Source: a virus. From it: a DNA stretch of 64,000 bases. The position numbers and the translations under genes were made by a program. Positions 10,279-19,959 of the stretch are shown piece after piece. The stretch lies in IMG/VR virus record IMGVR_UViG_3300012920_000025, positions 22,539 to 86,538 of that record; one strand, written 5' to 3'. The notes under the pieces were generated by a model that was not told the DNA's origin, did no database searches, and saw nothing but the letters and a program-made list of their open reading frames with translations. How positions within the stretch are numbered: the first letter of the stretch is position 1; each line of letters begins with the position of its first letter.

Positions 10279-11390
10279 TGTACTTTCAGATTATTGATAA
10301 CAACAAGAAGTGCCTGAAGGTGTTTGCTTCGGGAAACTTTGTTGATTATTCAGGACAAAAAGAATTCTCCAAGACATGGAGACATTCCGCACATCTTTCA
10401 AATAGAGATGATATAGACTATGCTATTCTGTATACAGAACAAGGAGATATATTTGCTTCTTGTCCGGGTTTTGTGCAAGAAGCGTGGCAGTCAAGTTCAG
10501 GTAGAGTTGCCGCGCTAATAAAATCTGCAAAAACCACTCAGTGTGATATCGAAAACAACTGTATTTACGATTTCATTCCCGATAATTTTTTGCGGGATTT
10601 TTTGTCAGACAAGCAAGCGATCATCAGGCATATATTCGAAAGTAAATCAAAACCCTGGCACTACGATGTATTAAGGAAAGCACACATACTCACCGAGGAG
10701 ATGAATGCGAACTACAATATATTCGATGGCAAACTAAGACGAACGAACTATAGCGTGTTCGGTACAAAAACAGGAAGACTATCAAATGCAAAGGCAGGCA
10801 TACCGATACTAACACTGAAGAGGGAAGACAGGCACCTACTTCAACCTACAAATGACTTTTTCTTGGAATTAGACTTCAATGCGGCTGAGTTGCGGACCCT
10901 GCTATCGCTATCGGGACAAGAGCAACCCGAAGAGGACATCCACGAATGGACATCTGCAAAGGCAGGTGTGGACAGAGAAGATATGAAGAAGCGAACGTTC
11001 GCGTGGTTGTACAACCCTGAAGCGTCAGATTCGCTCTTAGAGCGACTTTATGATAGAAATGGTATAAAGGATAGGTTTTATGATAAAAATGCCGTAAAAA
11101 CGCCTTTCTTGCGTCAAATTATGACAGACGACCGCAGAGCACTAAACTACATCATACAAAGCACAAGCAGTGATATATGCATAACACAGGCGTATAGGTT
11201 GCGAGAACTTTTTAAAGAATGTAAAACAAAAATCTGTTATTTAATGCACGATTCTGTTATACTAGATTGTGCAAAAGAAGATAAGGAAAAGTTTCTCGAA
11301 GCAAGAAAAATATTTGCTGATACAAGTTTTGGCCAATATAGAGTCAACATGTCTATGGGTAAAAACTTCGGGGAAATGAAAAGAATATAA
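10278..11390 (+). CDS. Minimal family A DNA polymerase with no recognisable exonuclease domains
   Basis: TKTGRLS, motif A LELDFNAAELR, motif B REDMKKRTFAWLY, ALNYIIQSTSSD and motif C LMHDSVILD, all within 370 aa. Confidence 0.8.
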   Translation: MYFQIIDNNKKCLKVFASGNFVDYSGQKEFSKTWRHSAHLSNRDDIDYAILYTEQGDIFASCPGFVQEAWQSSSGRVAALIKSAKTTQCDIENNCIYDFIPDNFLRDFLSDKQAIIRHIFESKSKPWHYDVLRKAHILTEEMNANYNIFDGKLRRTNYSVFGTKTGRLSNAKAGIPILTLKREDRHLLQPTNDFFLELDFNAAELRTLLSLSGQEQPEEDIHEWTSAKAGVDREDMKKRTFAWLYNPEASDSLLERLYDRNGIKDRFYDKNAVKTPFLRQIMTDDRRALNYIIQSTSSDICITQAYRLRELFKECKTKICYLMHDSVILDCAKEDKEKFLEARKIFADTSFGQYRVNMSMGKNFGEMKRI

Positions 11391-12226
11391 TGTATACTGT
11401 TATTGGTTTAGGTGGAGTGGGGTGTAGAGTGGCAAAGTGCTTCTCTGAGTACTCCCAATACAACGTTCTGTGCATAGATGATCAAAAGACTGGGTGGAAA
11501 GATCAGGTGCTGATTCCAAAGCAAAGTAAACCTGAAGATTATGAGCAATCGTTTAAAAATTTAACGAAAACTAAGTTAGACAAAATAAAAGAAAATGTTA
11601 TTTTTGTATTGAGTGGTGCAAGCATGGTTTCTAGCATCGCGTTGCGATTACTGCACCAAATCAAGAAAAAAAATATTACGATACTTTGTATAAGACCGGA
11701 GTCGGAACTGATGGATGCAACAGAGTCCGCTCAAGAGAGGGTAATATTTTCTGTATTGCAAGAATACACAAGGTCTGGACTTTTTGAAAGAATGTACTTG
11801 ACAAGCAATGAGAAAATGGATACTCTTGTAGAAGATGCGAGTATTAAAGAATATTATCCTACGATGAACAGAATGATTGCGTCTGTATTTCACATGATGA
11901 TGGTCTTTGATCATCAGGATGCAGTTGTTTCCAATTTCTCTGAGACTAATGAAGCAAGGAGAGTGTGCACGCTTGGTATTTTAAATATGGAAAGCGGATC
12001 TGAGACAAGGTTTTTTCCTTTTGAAGATACAATGGAAACAAAACTGTACTATGGTATATCTAAGGATACTCTGAATAATGATAAGAACTTACAAAGAAAC
12101 ATTATAAAATTAATCAAAGATAAAAATGAAGAACTGTGCAAATACAGTTATGGCGTTTACGAAACGCAGTACGATTGGGACTTTTGTTATATAAAATATT
12201 TTTCTTCGAAAGTCCAAGAATTTTAG
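11390..12226 (+). CDS. Divergent tubulin/FtsZ (PhuZ/TubZ)-like protein
   Basis: N-terminal VIGLGGVGCRVA, plus IRP, YLTSNEKM and YPTMNRMIA segments in tubulin order. The GGGTGSG signature appears degenerate (LSGASMVSS). Confidence 0.6.
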   Translation: MYTVIGLGGVGCRVAKCFSEYSQYNVLCIDDQKTGWKDQVLIPKQSKPEDYEQSFKNLTKTKLDKIKENVIFVLSGASMVSSIALRLLHQIKKKNITILCIRPESELMDATESAQERVIFSVLQEYTRSGLFERMYLTSNEKMDTLVEDASIKEYYPTMNRMIASVFHMMMVFDHQDAVVSNFSETNEARRVCTLGILNMESGSETRFFPFEDTMETKLYYGISKDTLNNDKNLQRNIIKLIKDKNEELCKYSYGVYETQYDWDFCYIKYFSSKVQEF

Positions 12227-12255
12227 TTGACAAACAAAAAAACATTTAGTATATT
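12227..12255 (+). promoter_or_regulatory. Sigma70-type promoter upstream of the SSB gene
   Basis: TTGACA-17 bp-TATATT. Confidence 0.65.
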
Positions 12256-12336
12256 GTAGAAAGTTGGTCGGGAGATTTGCCGACCTGCTTTAGCCGAAGG
12301 TGCAAAAAAATAACATACCATAAGGAGGTAGTAAAT

Positions 12337-13095
12337 ATGGCACTTAATATTGAACTAATGAAGCAAAAGATGTCTTCATTAACAGGAAAGGGGGACAAAA
12401 AGAATAACTTCTGGCGTCCTCAAGAAGGAGAAAATAATATTCGTATTATTCCCACTCCAGATGGTGACCCATTTAAGGAAAAGTTTTTCCACTATGGCAT
12501 CGGTGAACAATCGTTTTTGTGCCCAAAGCGCAACTTTGGAGATGATTGTCCAGTATGTAATCTGGGTAACGAGTTGTGGAACGAGGGTACCGAAGATAGC
12601 AAGTCTATGGCAAAGACCATGTTTGCAAAGCAGCGATTCTTTTCACCTGTCTTGGTCAGAGGCGAAGAATCAGAAGGTGTAAAGGTGTGGGGGTATGGCA
12701 AGTTGGCATACCAGAAGTTACTTGGTATTGTTCTTGACCCTGATTATGGAGACATTACAGATCCAGAAGATGGTAATGACTTAAAATTGATGTATGGAAA
12801 GCAACCTGGAGCGTCTTACCCAACCACGGACATTCGCCCACGTCCTCGAAAGTCTGTACTTTGCGATGATGCTGTCGGAGGCGATGAAGCATGCGCAGAG
12901 TTGTTGGAAAAGGTTCCAAACCTTGACAATGTTTTTGAGAGAAAAACAACTGCTGAAGTCGCCGCAATCCTTGAGTCCCACTTGAGCACTGGCGAAACAT
13001 CTGGCGAGGTTACCCGAGGAGGCAATAACACTTCTACAGTTAAGGACTCTATTGAGCAAAGTTTCGATGCTGCGTTCAATGAGATTTCTGGTTAG
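12337..13095 (+). CDS. Single-stranded DNA-binding protein, T4 gp32-like
   Basis: FWRPQEGENNIRIIP, CPKRNFGDDCPVC, VKVWGYGK, DITDPEDGNDL and an acidic C-terminus. AAGGAGG RBS before ATG 12337. Confidence 0.8.
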   Translation: MALNIELMKQKMSSLTGKGDKKNNFWRPQEGENNIRIIPTPDGDPFKEKFFHYGIGEQSFLCPKRNFGDDCPVCNLGNELWNEGTEDSKSMAKTMFAKQRFFSPVLVRGEESEGVKVWGYGKLAYQKLLGIVLDPDYGDITDPEDGNDLKLMYGKQPGASYPTTDIRPRPRKSVLCDDAVGGDEACAELLEKVPNLDNVFERKTTAEVAAILESHLSTGETSGEVTRGGNNTSTVKDSIEQSFDAAFNEISG

Positions 13096-13108
13096 TGGAG
13101 TTTAGTTG

Positions 13109-14257
13109 ATGGGGAAGGTAACAAAAATTAAACCTGGTGGTTTATCCACCAAGGATATAATCGCATCTCTTAACAAATCGTCAGGAGGTGTGGTTGCCTA
13201 CAATCTTGGAGAAGAGAACCCAACGGAAGTCAAGGAGTGGATTCCGACTGGTTCCCGATGGTTGGATTCTATTACTTGCAAGGGCAGGTACGCGGGAATC
13301 CCAGTGGGTAAGATCTCTGAGATTGCAGGACTTGAAGCAACGGGTAAATCATTCATGGCTGCTCAAGTTGCCGCTAATGCCCAGAAGATGGGTTGCCGTG
13401 TTGCTTACTTTGATTCAGAGTCTGCTATTGACCCTGACTTTCTCCGGAGAGCAGGATGTGATGTAGACGATGAAGATAGTGGTTTGATTTATATTCAAGC
13501 ACACTCTGTTGAAATGGTGATGGAGACAATTGAGAATCTTTTAAAGATGCCTGAGAAATGGGTTTTTATCTGGGACTCACTTGCGCTCACTCCTTCAGAG
13601 CATGACTTGGAGTCAGACTTCGATCCTCAATCATCTATGGCGATGAAAGCAAGAGTGTTATCAAAGGGCATGCCAAAGTTGGTGCAACCTATTGCTAATG
13701 CTGGCGCAACTTTGTTGGTGTTGAATCAGTTGAAGACCAATATTACTAGGTCTCCTTCCGAGGCAATGACAACGCCATACATGACTCCTGGTGGCAAGAC
13801 ACTACCTTATTCTTATTCCTTAAGAATCTGGTTAACAGGAAGAAAAGCGAAAGCATCTTTCGTTACAGATGAAAACGGATTCAGGATTGGATCAGAGGTA
13901 AAGTGTAAAATTGAAAAGTCTAGATTCGGGTCGACCGGACGTACTTGTAACTTTAAGATCCTTTGGGGCGACTCTGATACTGTTGGTGTTCAGGACAGGG
14001 AAAGTTGGTTTGATGCCATTCAGATTTCAGATAACCTTGAGCAATCTGGCGCTTGGTATGCACTTGTCTATGAAGATGGCACAAGAGAAAAGTTTCAGAG
14101 GGCCCATTGGTTAAAGAAGTTGGAAGATGAGAAATTTCAAAAAAGAGTCTTGCAAATCATGGATGAAGATGTTATTATGAAGTTCAGCGAAAAGACAGGC
14201 AAAGCATCTGATTTCTATGATCAGGAAGAGGATGTCCCACCAAAGACCGACAGCTAG
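13109..14257 (+). CDS. uvsX: RecA/UvsX recombinase
   Basis: WIPTGSRWLD, Walker A GLEATGKS, FDSESA, IWDSLA, LNQL and TPGGK. Confidence 0.9.
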   Translation: MGKVTKIKPGGLSTKDIIASLNKSSGGVVAYNLGEENPTEVKEWIPTGSRWLDSITCKGRYAGIPVGKISEIAGLEATGKSFMAAQVAANAQKMGCRVAYFDSESAIDPDFLRRAGCDVDDEDSGLIYIQAHSVEMVMETIENLLKMPEKWVFIWDSLALTPSEHDLESDFDPQSSMAMKARVLSKGMPKLVQPIANAGATLLVLNQLKTNITRSPSEAMTTPYMTPGGKTLPYSYSLRIWLTGRKAKASFVTDENGFRIGSEVKCKIEKSRFGSTGRTCNFKILWGDSDTVGVQDRESWFDAIQISDNLEQSGAWYALVYEDGTREKFQRAHWLKKLEDEKFQKRVLQIMDEDVIMKFSEKTGKASDFYDQEEDVPPKTDS

Positions 14258-14264
14258 GTTGGTC

Positions 14265-14293
14265 CACCCCTGGGAAACCAGGGGTGTTTTTTT
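14265..14293 (+). terminator. Rho-independent terminator
   Basis: CACCCCTGG-GAAA-CCAGGGGTG followed by a T run. Confidence 0.85.
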
Positions 14294-14310
14294 ATTTAAA
14301 GGAGAGTAGG

Positions 14311-14406
14311 ATGCTTGAAAACATACTCAACGACAAAGAATTTATTTATACTGCTATTGGTATGGTTATTATAGGACTTGCCTTGCATAAATGGAAAAAG
14401 GACTAG
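14311..14406 (+). CDS. Small membrane peptide (31 aa, not in the ORF track)
   Basis: AAGGAGAG RBS, then MLENILNDKEFYYTAIGMVIIGLALHKWKKD with one hydrophobic segment. Confidence 0.5.
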   Translation: MLENILNDKEFIYTAIGMVIIGLALHKWKKD

Positions 14407-14407
14407 A

Positions 14408-15376
14408 ATGAAAAAACTGCTTATAGTTGATGCACAAAATCAATTTATGCGCTCGTACATTGTTAATCCTACGCTGTCCCCTAATGGAGACCCTCTCGGC
14501 GGCGTAGTTGGATTCTTGCAAACAATGAATAAACTGTGCAGACAGGTCCGCCCAGACGCTTTTGTTGTTGTTTGGGATGGCGATGGTGGATCTTCTAAAA
14601 GAAGGTCAAAAAACAAAAACTATAAGGCAGGCAGAAAACCGCCCAAACTTAACAGGTGGGCGCAGAATATGAACCCTGCTGAGATCCACACCAATCGAGT
14701 GTGGCAGCAGGTTCGTTGTATTGAGTACGTTAATGAGACACCGATCATTCAATTCCGAGAACCGGGTGTTGAAGCGGATGATGTTATATCATATGTTAGC
14801 AGTATGCCCATCTTTAAAGAGTGGAATAAAGCTATAGTTTCGAGTGATAAGGATTTTATTCAATTGCTTGATGACAAAACTTTGTTGATTCGACCTACTC
14901 AACAGGAGATATTAAACTACAAGAGGGTTTTGGATCAGTACTCTATTCACCCAAGAAACTTTGCTATTGCCAGATCTATGGTTGGAGACAAGAGCGATAA
15001 CATCGATGGAATATCGGGCGTCGGACTCAAGACTGTAGCAAAAGCATTTCCCTTTCTTGCTGAAGACAGGGACGTTTACCTTAGCGACATTAAGGAGCAT
15101 GCAGAGACCGTAGATTCTAAATTGTCGGTTTATTCTAAACTTGTTGCAGAATATAAAAAAGTATGCGATAATTATTCAATAATGCAATTGAGCACACCCC
15201 TGATATCAGTTCAGTGTGCACAACATATAAATGATACTTTTGGAGAATACAAACCTTTGTTTAATAAAACAGAAATCAACAAAATGTTATCTGTGGACGG
15301 ACTGATTTCAATCAATATCGACTGCTTAACAACAAGTTTCAACTCTATGGTATCCAACAAAATCGGTTTTAATTAA
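14408..15376 (+). CDS. 5'-3' exonuclease / flap endonuclease (Pol I N-terminal domain, T4 RNase H-like)
   Basis: LLIVDAQN, VVWDG, YKAGR, EADDVI, SSDKDFIQL and GDKSDNIDGISGVGLKT. Confidence 0.9.
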   Translation: MKKLLIVDAQNQFMRSYIVNPTLSPNGDPLGGVVGFLQTMNKLCRQVRPDAFVVVWDGDGGSSKRRSKNKNYKAGRKPPKLNRWAQNMNPAEIHTNRVWQQVRCIEYVNETPIIQFREPGVEADDVISYVSSMPIFKEWNKAIVSSDKDFIQLLDDKTLLIRPTQQEILNYKRVLDQYSIHPRNFAIARSMVGDKSDNIDGISGVGLKTVAKAFPFLAEDRDVYLSDIKEHAETVDSKLSVYSKLVAEYKKVCDNYSIMQLSTPLISVQCAQHINDTFGEYKPLFNKTEINKMLSVDGLISINIDCLTTSFNSMVSNKIGFN

Positions 15377-16755
15377 TGCAAGCAGTCAAAAGAGATTTTT
15401 CCAAGTTTGGGAAAAGTTTTCAAGAAAACTTATGTCACATCATTCTGGACGATAGACCGTTCGCAGAGCAGATATTTGAAGTGCTAGAGGACAACTTTCT
15501 TGAACTCTCCTATCTTCGAGTTTTTGTAAAAAAGATTCGACAGTACAAGGAAAAATATGGAGTCCACCCAACCAGAGATATAATGAAAAGCATAATGCGC
15601 ACTGGCATTGCAGAAGAGCAAGACTCTGTGCAGAAGTTGTTGAGAGATTATTATGCCAGAGTATTATCTAGACAGATACAAACTGAAGAAGTTGGGTACA
15701 TTAAGGATACCGCTTTGGATTTTTGCAGAAAGCAGAAACTCCAAGAAGCAATGATGAGGTGTGTGCCTCTTCTTGAAAAATCTTCTTTTGATGAGATAGC
15801 GAAAAATATAAATGATGCAATAAAACTGGGTATGTCCAATGATGTTGGTTACGACTACATGAAAGACTTCGAACTCAGGTTTATGGAAAAGTCTCGCGAT
15901 CCCGTATCTACAGGGTGGGATACTGTTGATAAGATTACTAAGGGCGGACTTGGTAAAGGAGAACTGGGAGTTGTGATTGCACCAACTGGTGCAGGAAAGT
16001 CAATGGTACTCGTTCATCTTGGTGCACAAGCACTTCAACGTGGCAAAAATGTTGTGCATTACACTCTTGAACTTGGAGATACCGTTGTTGGAACTAGATA
16101 TGATAGTTGTATAACAGGTTATCACCTAACTGGCATTAATGTTTTCAAGGAACAAATCTATGACGACCTCAGAGATTTAGAGGGTAAACTTATTATAAAA
16201 GAATACCCAACTAGATCCGCTACAATAAGCACTATACGAAATCACGTAGAAAAAATGAAAGTTACAGGTTTTGTACCGGACATGATTATTGTTGACTATG
16301 CTGATCTTATAAAACCAACAGGATCATCACGAGAGGAGAAGAGACATCAACTTGAGACGATTTATGAAGAGTTGAGAGGAATATCTCAAGAGGTTGGGTG
16401 TCCTGTGTGGACAGCATCCCAGACTAATAGGTCAGCATTAAATGCAGAAGTTATAACAATGGAATCTATTTCAGAAGCATACAATAAGTGTTTTGTTGCT
16501 GATTTTATCTTCTCTGTCTCTCGTACAATTGACGACAAAGAGATAAATGGTGGAAGAATTTTTATTGCAAAGAACAGAAATGGGCCCGATGGAATGATTT
16601 ACCCTATATTTATGGATACCTCTAATGTCAAGATCAAGATCTTGCCAAAGGTACTCACCACAGAAGAAATGGATGACGTGACTAAAAATGCAGCGAAAAA
16701 ACAAAAAGAATTTATTAGAGAGAGATATCAAAAAATGAAGGGAGGAAGCAAATGA
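15376..16755 (+). CDS. Replicative DnaB-family helicase, T4 gp41-like
   Basis: APTGAGKS Walker A, YTLEL, IIVDYADL, TASQTNR and KNRNG. Confidence 0.9.
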   Translation: MQAVKRDFSKFGKSFQENLCHIILDDRPFAEQIFEVLEDNFLELSYLRVFVKKIRQYKEKYGVHPTRDIMKSIMRTGIAEEQDSVQKLLRDYYARVLSRQIQTEEVGYIKDTALDFCRKQKLQEAMMRCVPLLEKSSFDEIAKNINDAIKLGMSNDVGYDYMKDFELRFMEKSRDPVSTGWDTVDKITKGGLGKGELGVVIAPTGAGKSMVLVHLGAQALQRGKNVVHYTLELGDTVVGTRYDSCITGYHLTGINVFKEQIYDDLRDLEGKLIIKEYPTRSATISTIRNHVEKMKVTGFVPDMIIVDYADLIKPTGSSREEKRHQLETIYEELRGISQEVGCPVWTASQTNRSALNAEVITMESISEAYNKCFVADFIFSVSRTIDDKEINGGRIFIAKNRNGPDGMIYPIFMDTSNVKIKILPKVLTTEEMDDVTKNAAKKQKEFIRERYQKMKGGSK

Positions 16756-18614
16756 GTTTATCAAATGATATTTTGTCAGAGATCACAGTGCACATGAAGT
16801 ACGCAAAGTACATTCCAGAAAAAAACAGAAGAGAGACATGGGAAGAACTAGTAACAAGGAATATGCAAATGCACCTTAAGAAGTTCCCAGAACTTGAATT
16901 GCAAATAAGAAAAAACTATAAGATGGTTTTCGATAAGAAGGTATTACCCTCTATGAGGTCCCTGCAGTTTGGAGGCAAACCAATTGAAGTTGCCCCTAAC
17001 CGTATTTTCAACTGTGCATTCATGCCGATCGATGACTGGCGCTCATTTGGTGAGGCAATGTTCCTTTTGCTAGGCGGTACTGGTGTTGGTTACAGTGTGC
17101 AGAAGCATCATGTAGAAAAGTTACCAGAGATTCAGAAACCAAACACTAAAAGAACTAGAAGGTTCTTGGTTAATGACTCGATAGAGGGTTGGGCAGATGC
17201 TGTAAAGGCGCTGGTCAGATCCTACTTTAACGGTGGATCTAGACTTAGATTTGATTATACGGACATACGACCCAAGGGTGCAGCACTCGTGACGTCAGGT
17301 GGTAAAGCACCAGGACCCCAACCCCTGCGTGAATGTCTTGTCAAACTAGAAGGTATGTTATCAGAGAAAGAGAACGGAGATAAGTTATCATCTATTGAAG
17401 TTCATGATATGGTGTGCCACATTGCCGACGCTGTGCTTGCAGGTGGTATCAGAAGAGCGGCACTTATTTCACTATTCTCTGCAGATGATGATGATATGAT
17501 TGCGGCCAAGTCCGGTAACTGGTGGGAGACTAACCCACAGCGTGGACGTGCAAATAACTCTGTCGTTTTACTTCGCCACAAGATTGACAAAGAATATTTT
17601 ATGAATCTTTGGGACAGAGTCAAAGCATCAGGGGCGGGAGAACCAGGGTTTTATTTCTCTAACGACAAAGATTGGGGTACGAACCCCTGTTGTGAGATCG
17701 GACTTAGACCTTACCAGTTCTGCAATCTAACAGAAGTGAATGTTTCAGACCTAGAATCACAAGAAGACTTTGAAGAGAGGGTAAAGGCAGCGACTTTCAT
17801 TGGCACGCTGCAAGCAAGTTACACAGACTTTCACTATCTTCGTGATGTTTGGCGCAGAACAACAGAAAGAGATGCACTTATCGGCGTATCAATGACTGGT
17901 ATTGCATCCGGTGCTGTTCTTGATCTTGATATGAAAGCAGCAGCAATCGCAGTTAAGAAAGAGAACTCAAGGGTTGCGGAACTTATTGGTGTTAAACCAG
18001 CAGCAAGAACAACTTGCGTGAAACCAGCAGGTACTACAAGTTTAACTGTTGGGACATCCTCTGGTATCCACGCTTGGCATAACGACTACTATATTCGTCG
18101 CATTCGAGTTGGTAAGAATGAACCAATCTATTCTTACTTGGTAGAGAATCACCCAGAGTTAATCGAGGATGAATACTTCAGTCCCCATAGCACTGCTGTT
18201 ATTTCTATTCCACAAAAGGCACCAGAAAACGCTATTATGAGAACGGAGTCAGCGCTTCAGTTACTTAGAAGAGTTAAGAAAGTAACTGACGAGTGGGTGA
18301 AACCAGGGTTTAGAAAAGGTCAGAATACTCACAATATCTCTGCAACAGTATCAATCAAGGATGCGGAATGGGTCGACGTTGGTGAGTGGATGTGGGAAAA
18401 CAGAGAGAGTTACAACGGACTGTCTGTGCTTCCTTACGACGGTGGTACGTACACCCAAGCACCTTTTGAGGATTGCTCAAAAGAAACCTATGAAGCAATG
18501 ATGGCATCTCTCAGCAATGTTGACCTGACTAGAGTCGTTGAAGAAGAGGACAACACAGATCTTAAGGGTGAAGTTGCTTGTGCAGGCGGTGCTTGTGAGG
18601 TTAAATTTGTATGA
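16752..18614 (+). CDS. nrdJ: Class II (B12-dependent) ribonucleotide reductase
   Basis: FNCAF, GTNPCCEI, CNLTEVN, TTCVKPAGTTS and C-terminal ACAGGAC. No small-subunit gene nearby. Confidence 0.85.
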   Translation: MSLSNDILSEITVHMKYAKYIPEKNRRETWEELVTRNMQMHLKKFPELELQIRKNYKMVFDKKVLPSMRSLQFGGKPIEVAPNRIFNCAFMPIDDWRSFGEAMFLLLGGTGVGYSVQKHHVEKLPEIQKPNTKRTRRFLVNDSIEGWADAVKALVRSYFNGGSRLRFDYTDIRPKGAALVTSGGKAPGPQPLRECLVKLEGMLSEKENGDKLSSIEVHDMVCHIADAVLAGGIRRAALISLFSADDDDMIAAKSGNWWETNPQRGRANNSVVLLRHKIDKEYFMNLWDRVKASGAGEPGFYFSNDKDWGTNPCCEIGLRPYQFCNLTEVNVSDLESQEDFEERVKAATFIGTLQASYTDFHYLRDVWRRTTERDALIGVSMTGIASGAVLDLDMKAAAIAVKKENSRVAELIGVKPAARTTCVKPAGTTSLTVGTSSGIHAWHNDYYIRRIRVGKNEPIYSYLVENHPELIEDEYFSPHSTAVISIPQKAPENAIMRTESALQLLRRVKKVTDEWVKPGFRKGQNTHNISATVSIKDAEWVDVGEWMWENRESYNGLSVLPYDGGTYTQAPFEDCSKETYEAMMASLSNVDLTRVVEEEDNTDLKGEVACAGGACEVKFV

Positions 18615-19000
18615 GTTACTCGAAGCAAGTGATAGACCATTTTGAGAACCCAAGAAATACGGGATCATTAGATAAGAATGACAACTCTGTAGGAACTGGT
18701 ATTGTCGGCGCACCCGCTTGTGGAGATGTTATGAAATTACAAATCAAAGTAAATGATAACGGAGAAATTGAAGATGCAAAGTTTAAAACATATGGTTGCG
18801 GTTCAGCAATTGCATCTTCATCTCTGGTTACAGAATGGATAAAAGGTAAAACTCTTGACGAAGCGCAAGAGATCAAAAACAAAGACATTGCGGAATACCT
18901 TTCTCTTCCGCCTGTAAAAATTCACTGTTCTGTCTTAGCTGAAGATGCAATCAAATCTGCCATAGAGGATTATAAAAAGAAAAATGATAACTCTAACTGA
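18611..19000 (+). CDS. iscU: Fe-S cluster scaffold protein
   Basis: YSKQVIDHFENPRN, GAPACGDVM, KTYGCGSAIASSS and LPPVKIHCSVLAEDA. Confidence 0.95.
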   Translation: MSYSKQVIDHFENPRNTGSLDKNDNSVGTGIVGAPACGDVMKLQIKVNDNGEIEDAKFKTYGCGSAIASSSLVTEWIKGKTLDEAQEIKNKDIAEYLSLPPVKIHCSVLAEDAIKSAIEDYKKKNDNSN

Positions 19001-19298
19001 ATCTGCTGCAAAAAAGATGAAAGCAATGCTAGACAATAAAGATGAGACGGGAGTGCGCGCCGCTGTACAGGGCGGCGGGTGTTCCGGTTTTACTTATAAG
19101 TTATTGTTCGATTCGGAGAACAAAGGTGATAAAGTAATAACAGACCAGGGCGTTAAGATCTATGTAGACCCTAAGAGTTTTTTGTATTTGATGGGAACGA
19201 CGATAGACTTTGTTGATGAATTGAATCAATCTGGATTTAGATTCGTCAACCCCAACGCAAAAAGAACTTGTGGGTGCGGCGAGAGTTTTTCAATTTAG
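18984..19298 (+). CDS. iscA: A-type Fe-S carrier (IscA/ErpA/HesB family)
   Basis: ITLTESAA, GGGCSGFTY and NPNAKRTCGCGESF. Confidence 0.9.
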   Translation: MITLTESAAKKMKAMLDNKDETGVRAAVQGGGCSGFTYKLLFDSENKGDKVITDQGVKIYVDPKSFLYLMGTTIDFVDELNQSGFRFVNPNAKRTCGCGESFSI

Positions 19299-19311
19299 GC
19301 ACAAAAAATAC

Positions 19312-19340
19312 TTGCATTATTTGATATAATCTAGTATTAT
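19312..19340 (+). promoter_or_regulatory. Sigma70-type promoter
   Basis: TTGCAT-17 bp-TATTAT before the AAGGAG RBS of the 19371 ORF. Confidence 0.55.
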
Positions 19341-19370
19341 TATTCTACCAACAACAAAGAAGGAGATATT

Positions 19371-19643
19371 ATGTTTGGTGACAAAGAAGAAGATTTGTTG
19401 ACGAAAGACGAACACATCGTCAATTTTATTAAAGCATTTGTTGCTATCGAGCAAGAGATGGAACCCCTGAAGGAACACCTTCGTGATTTGAGATCCAGTT
19501 ATTCTGAGAACGATTGGTTATCCAAAGAGGATATGCGAATGGCAGTTAAGGTATATAGGATGCTGAAATCTGGCGACGACCTTGAAATGATTACAGATTA
19601 CTTTAATCATCTCAAGCAAAACTTTGGGGGTGCAGATGTCTGA
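19371..19643 (+). CDS. Small helical protein, possibly a GapR/DUF2312- or T4 DsbA-like DNA-binding protein
   Basis: FIKAFVAIEQEMEPLKEHLRDL...MRMAVKVYRM pattern. Family call is tentative. Confidence 0.4.
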   Translation: MFGDKEEDLLTKDEHIVNFIKAFVAIEQEMEPLKEHLRDLRSSYSENDWLSKEDMRMAVKVYRMLKSGDDLEMITDYFNHLKQNFGGADV

Positions 19644-19959
19644 TAGAATCCTAACACTAAAACCTCTCAATAGGTATGTTACAATCGTTCCGCATTTTGT
19701 TACAAAGAAGACTGATAACGGGGTTTTATTGCCTGAAGACTTTAAGCAAGAGGAGTCTAGGTTTGTGAAAGCAACGATTGTAGAGATCGCGTCAGACTGT
19801 AAAGAAGATCTCAAAAGAGTTCAAAGAACTTCCAAGAGTGAAGTCACTGCTATAGTTGATAGGTCTATGATCGAGGTTGTAGAGTTGGCAGATAGAAAGC
19901 ATCATGTTATATTAGAGAACTACATCCTTGGCGTCTACAGGAGACCAGATGAAAATTGA
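19636..19959 (+). CDS. groES: GroES/Cpn10-like co-chaperonin
   Basis: LKPLNRYVTI, mobile loop KTDNGVLLP and C-terminal ILENYILG. Confidence 0.7.
   Translation: MSDRILTLKPLNRYVTIVPHFVTKKTDNGVLLPEDFKQEESRFVKATIVEIASDCKEDLKRVQRTSKSEVTAIVDRSMIEVVELADRKHHVILENYILGVYRRPDEN

Noticed and set aside
11390-12226. Evidence for a nucleus-forming (chimallin/PhuZ) jumbo phage
   Set aside because: No chimallin or multisubunit phage RNAP is recognisable in the window, promoters are host sigma70-type, and the tubulin signature is degenerate.
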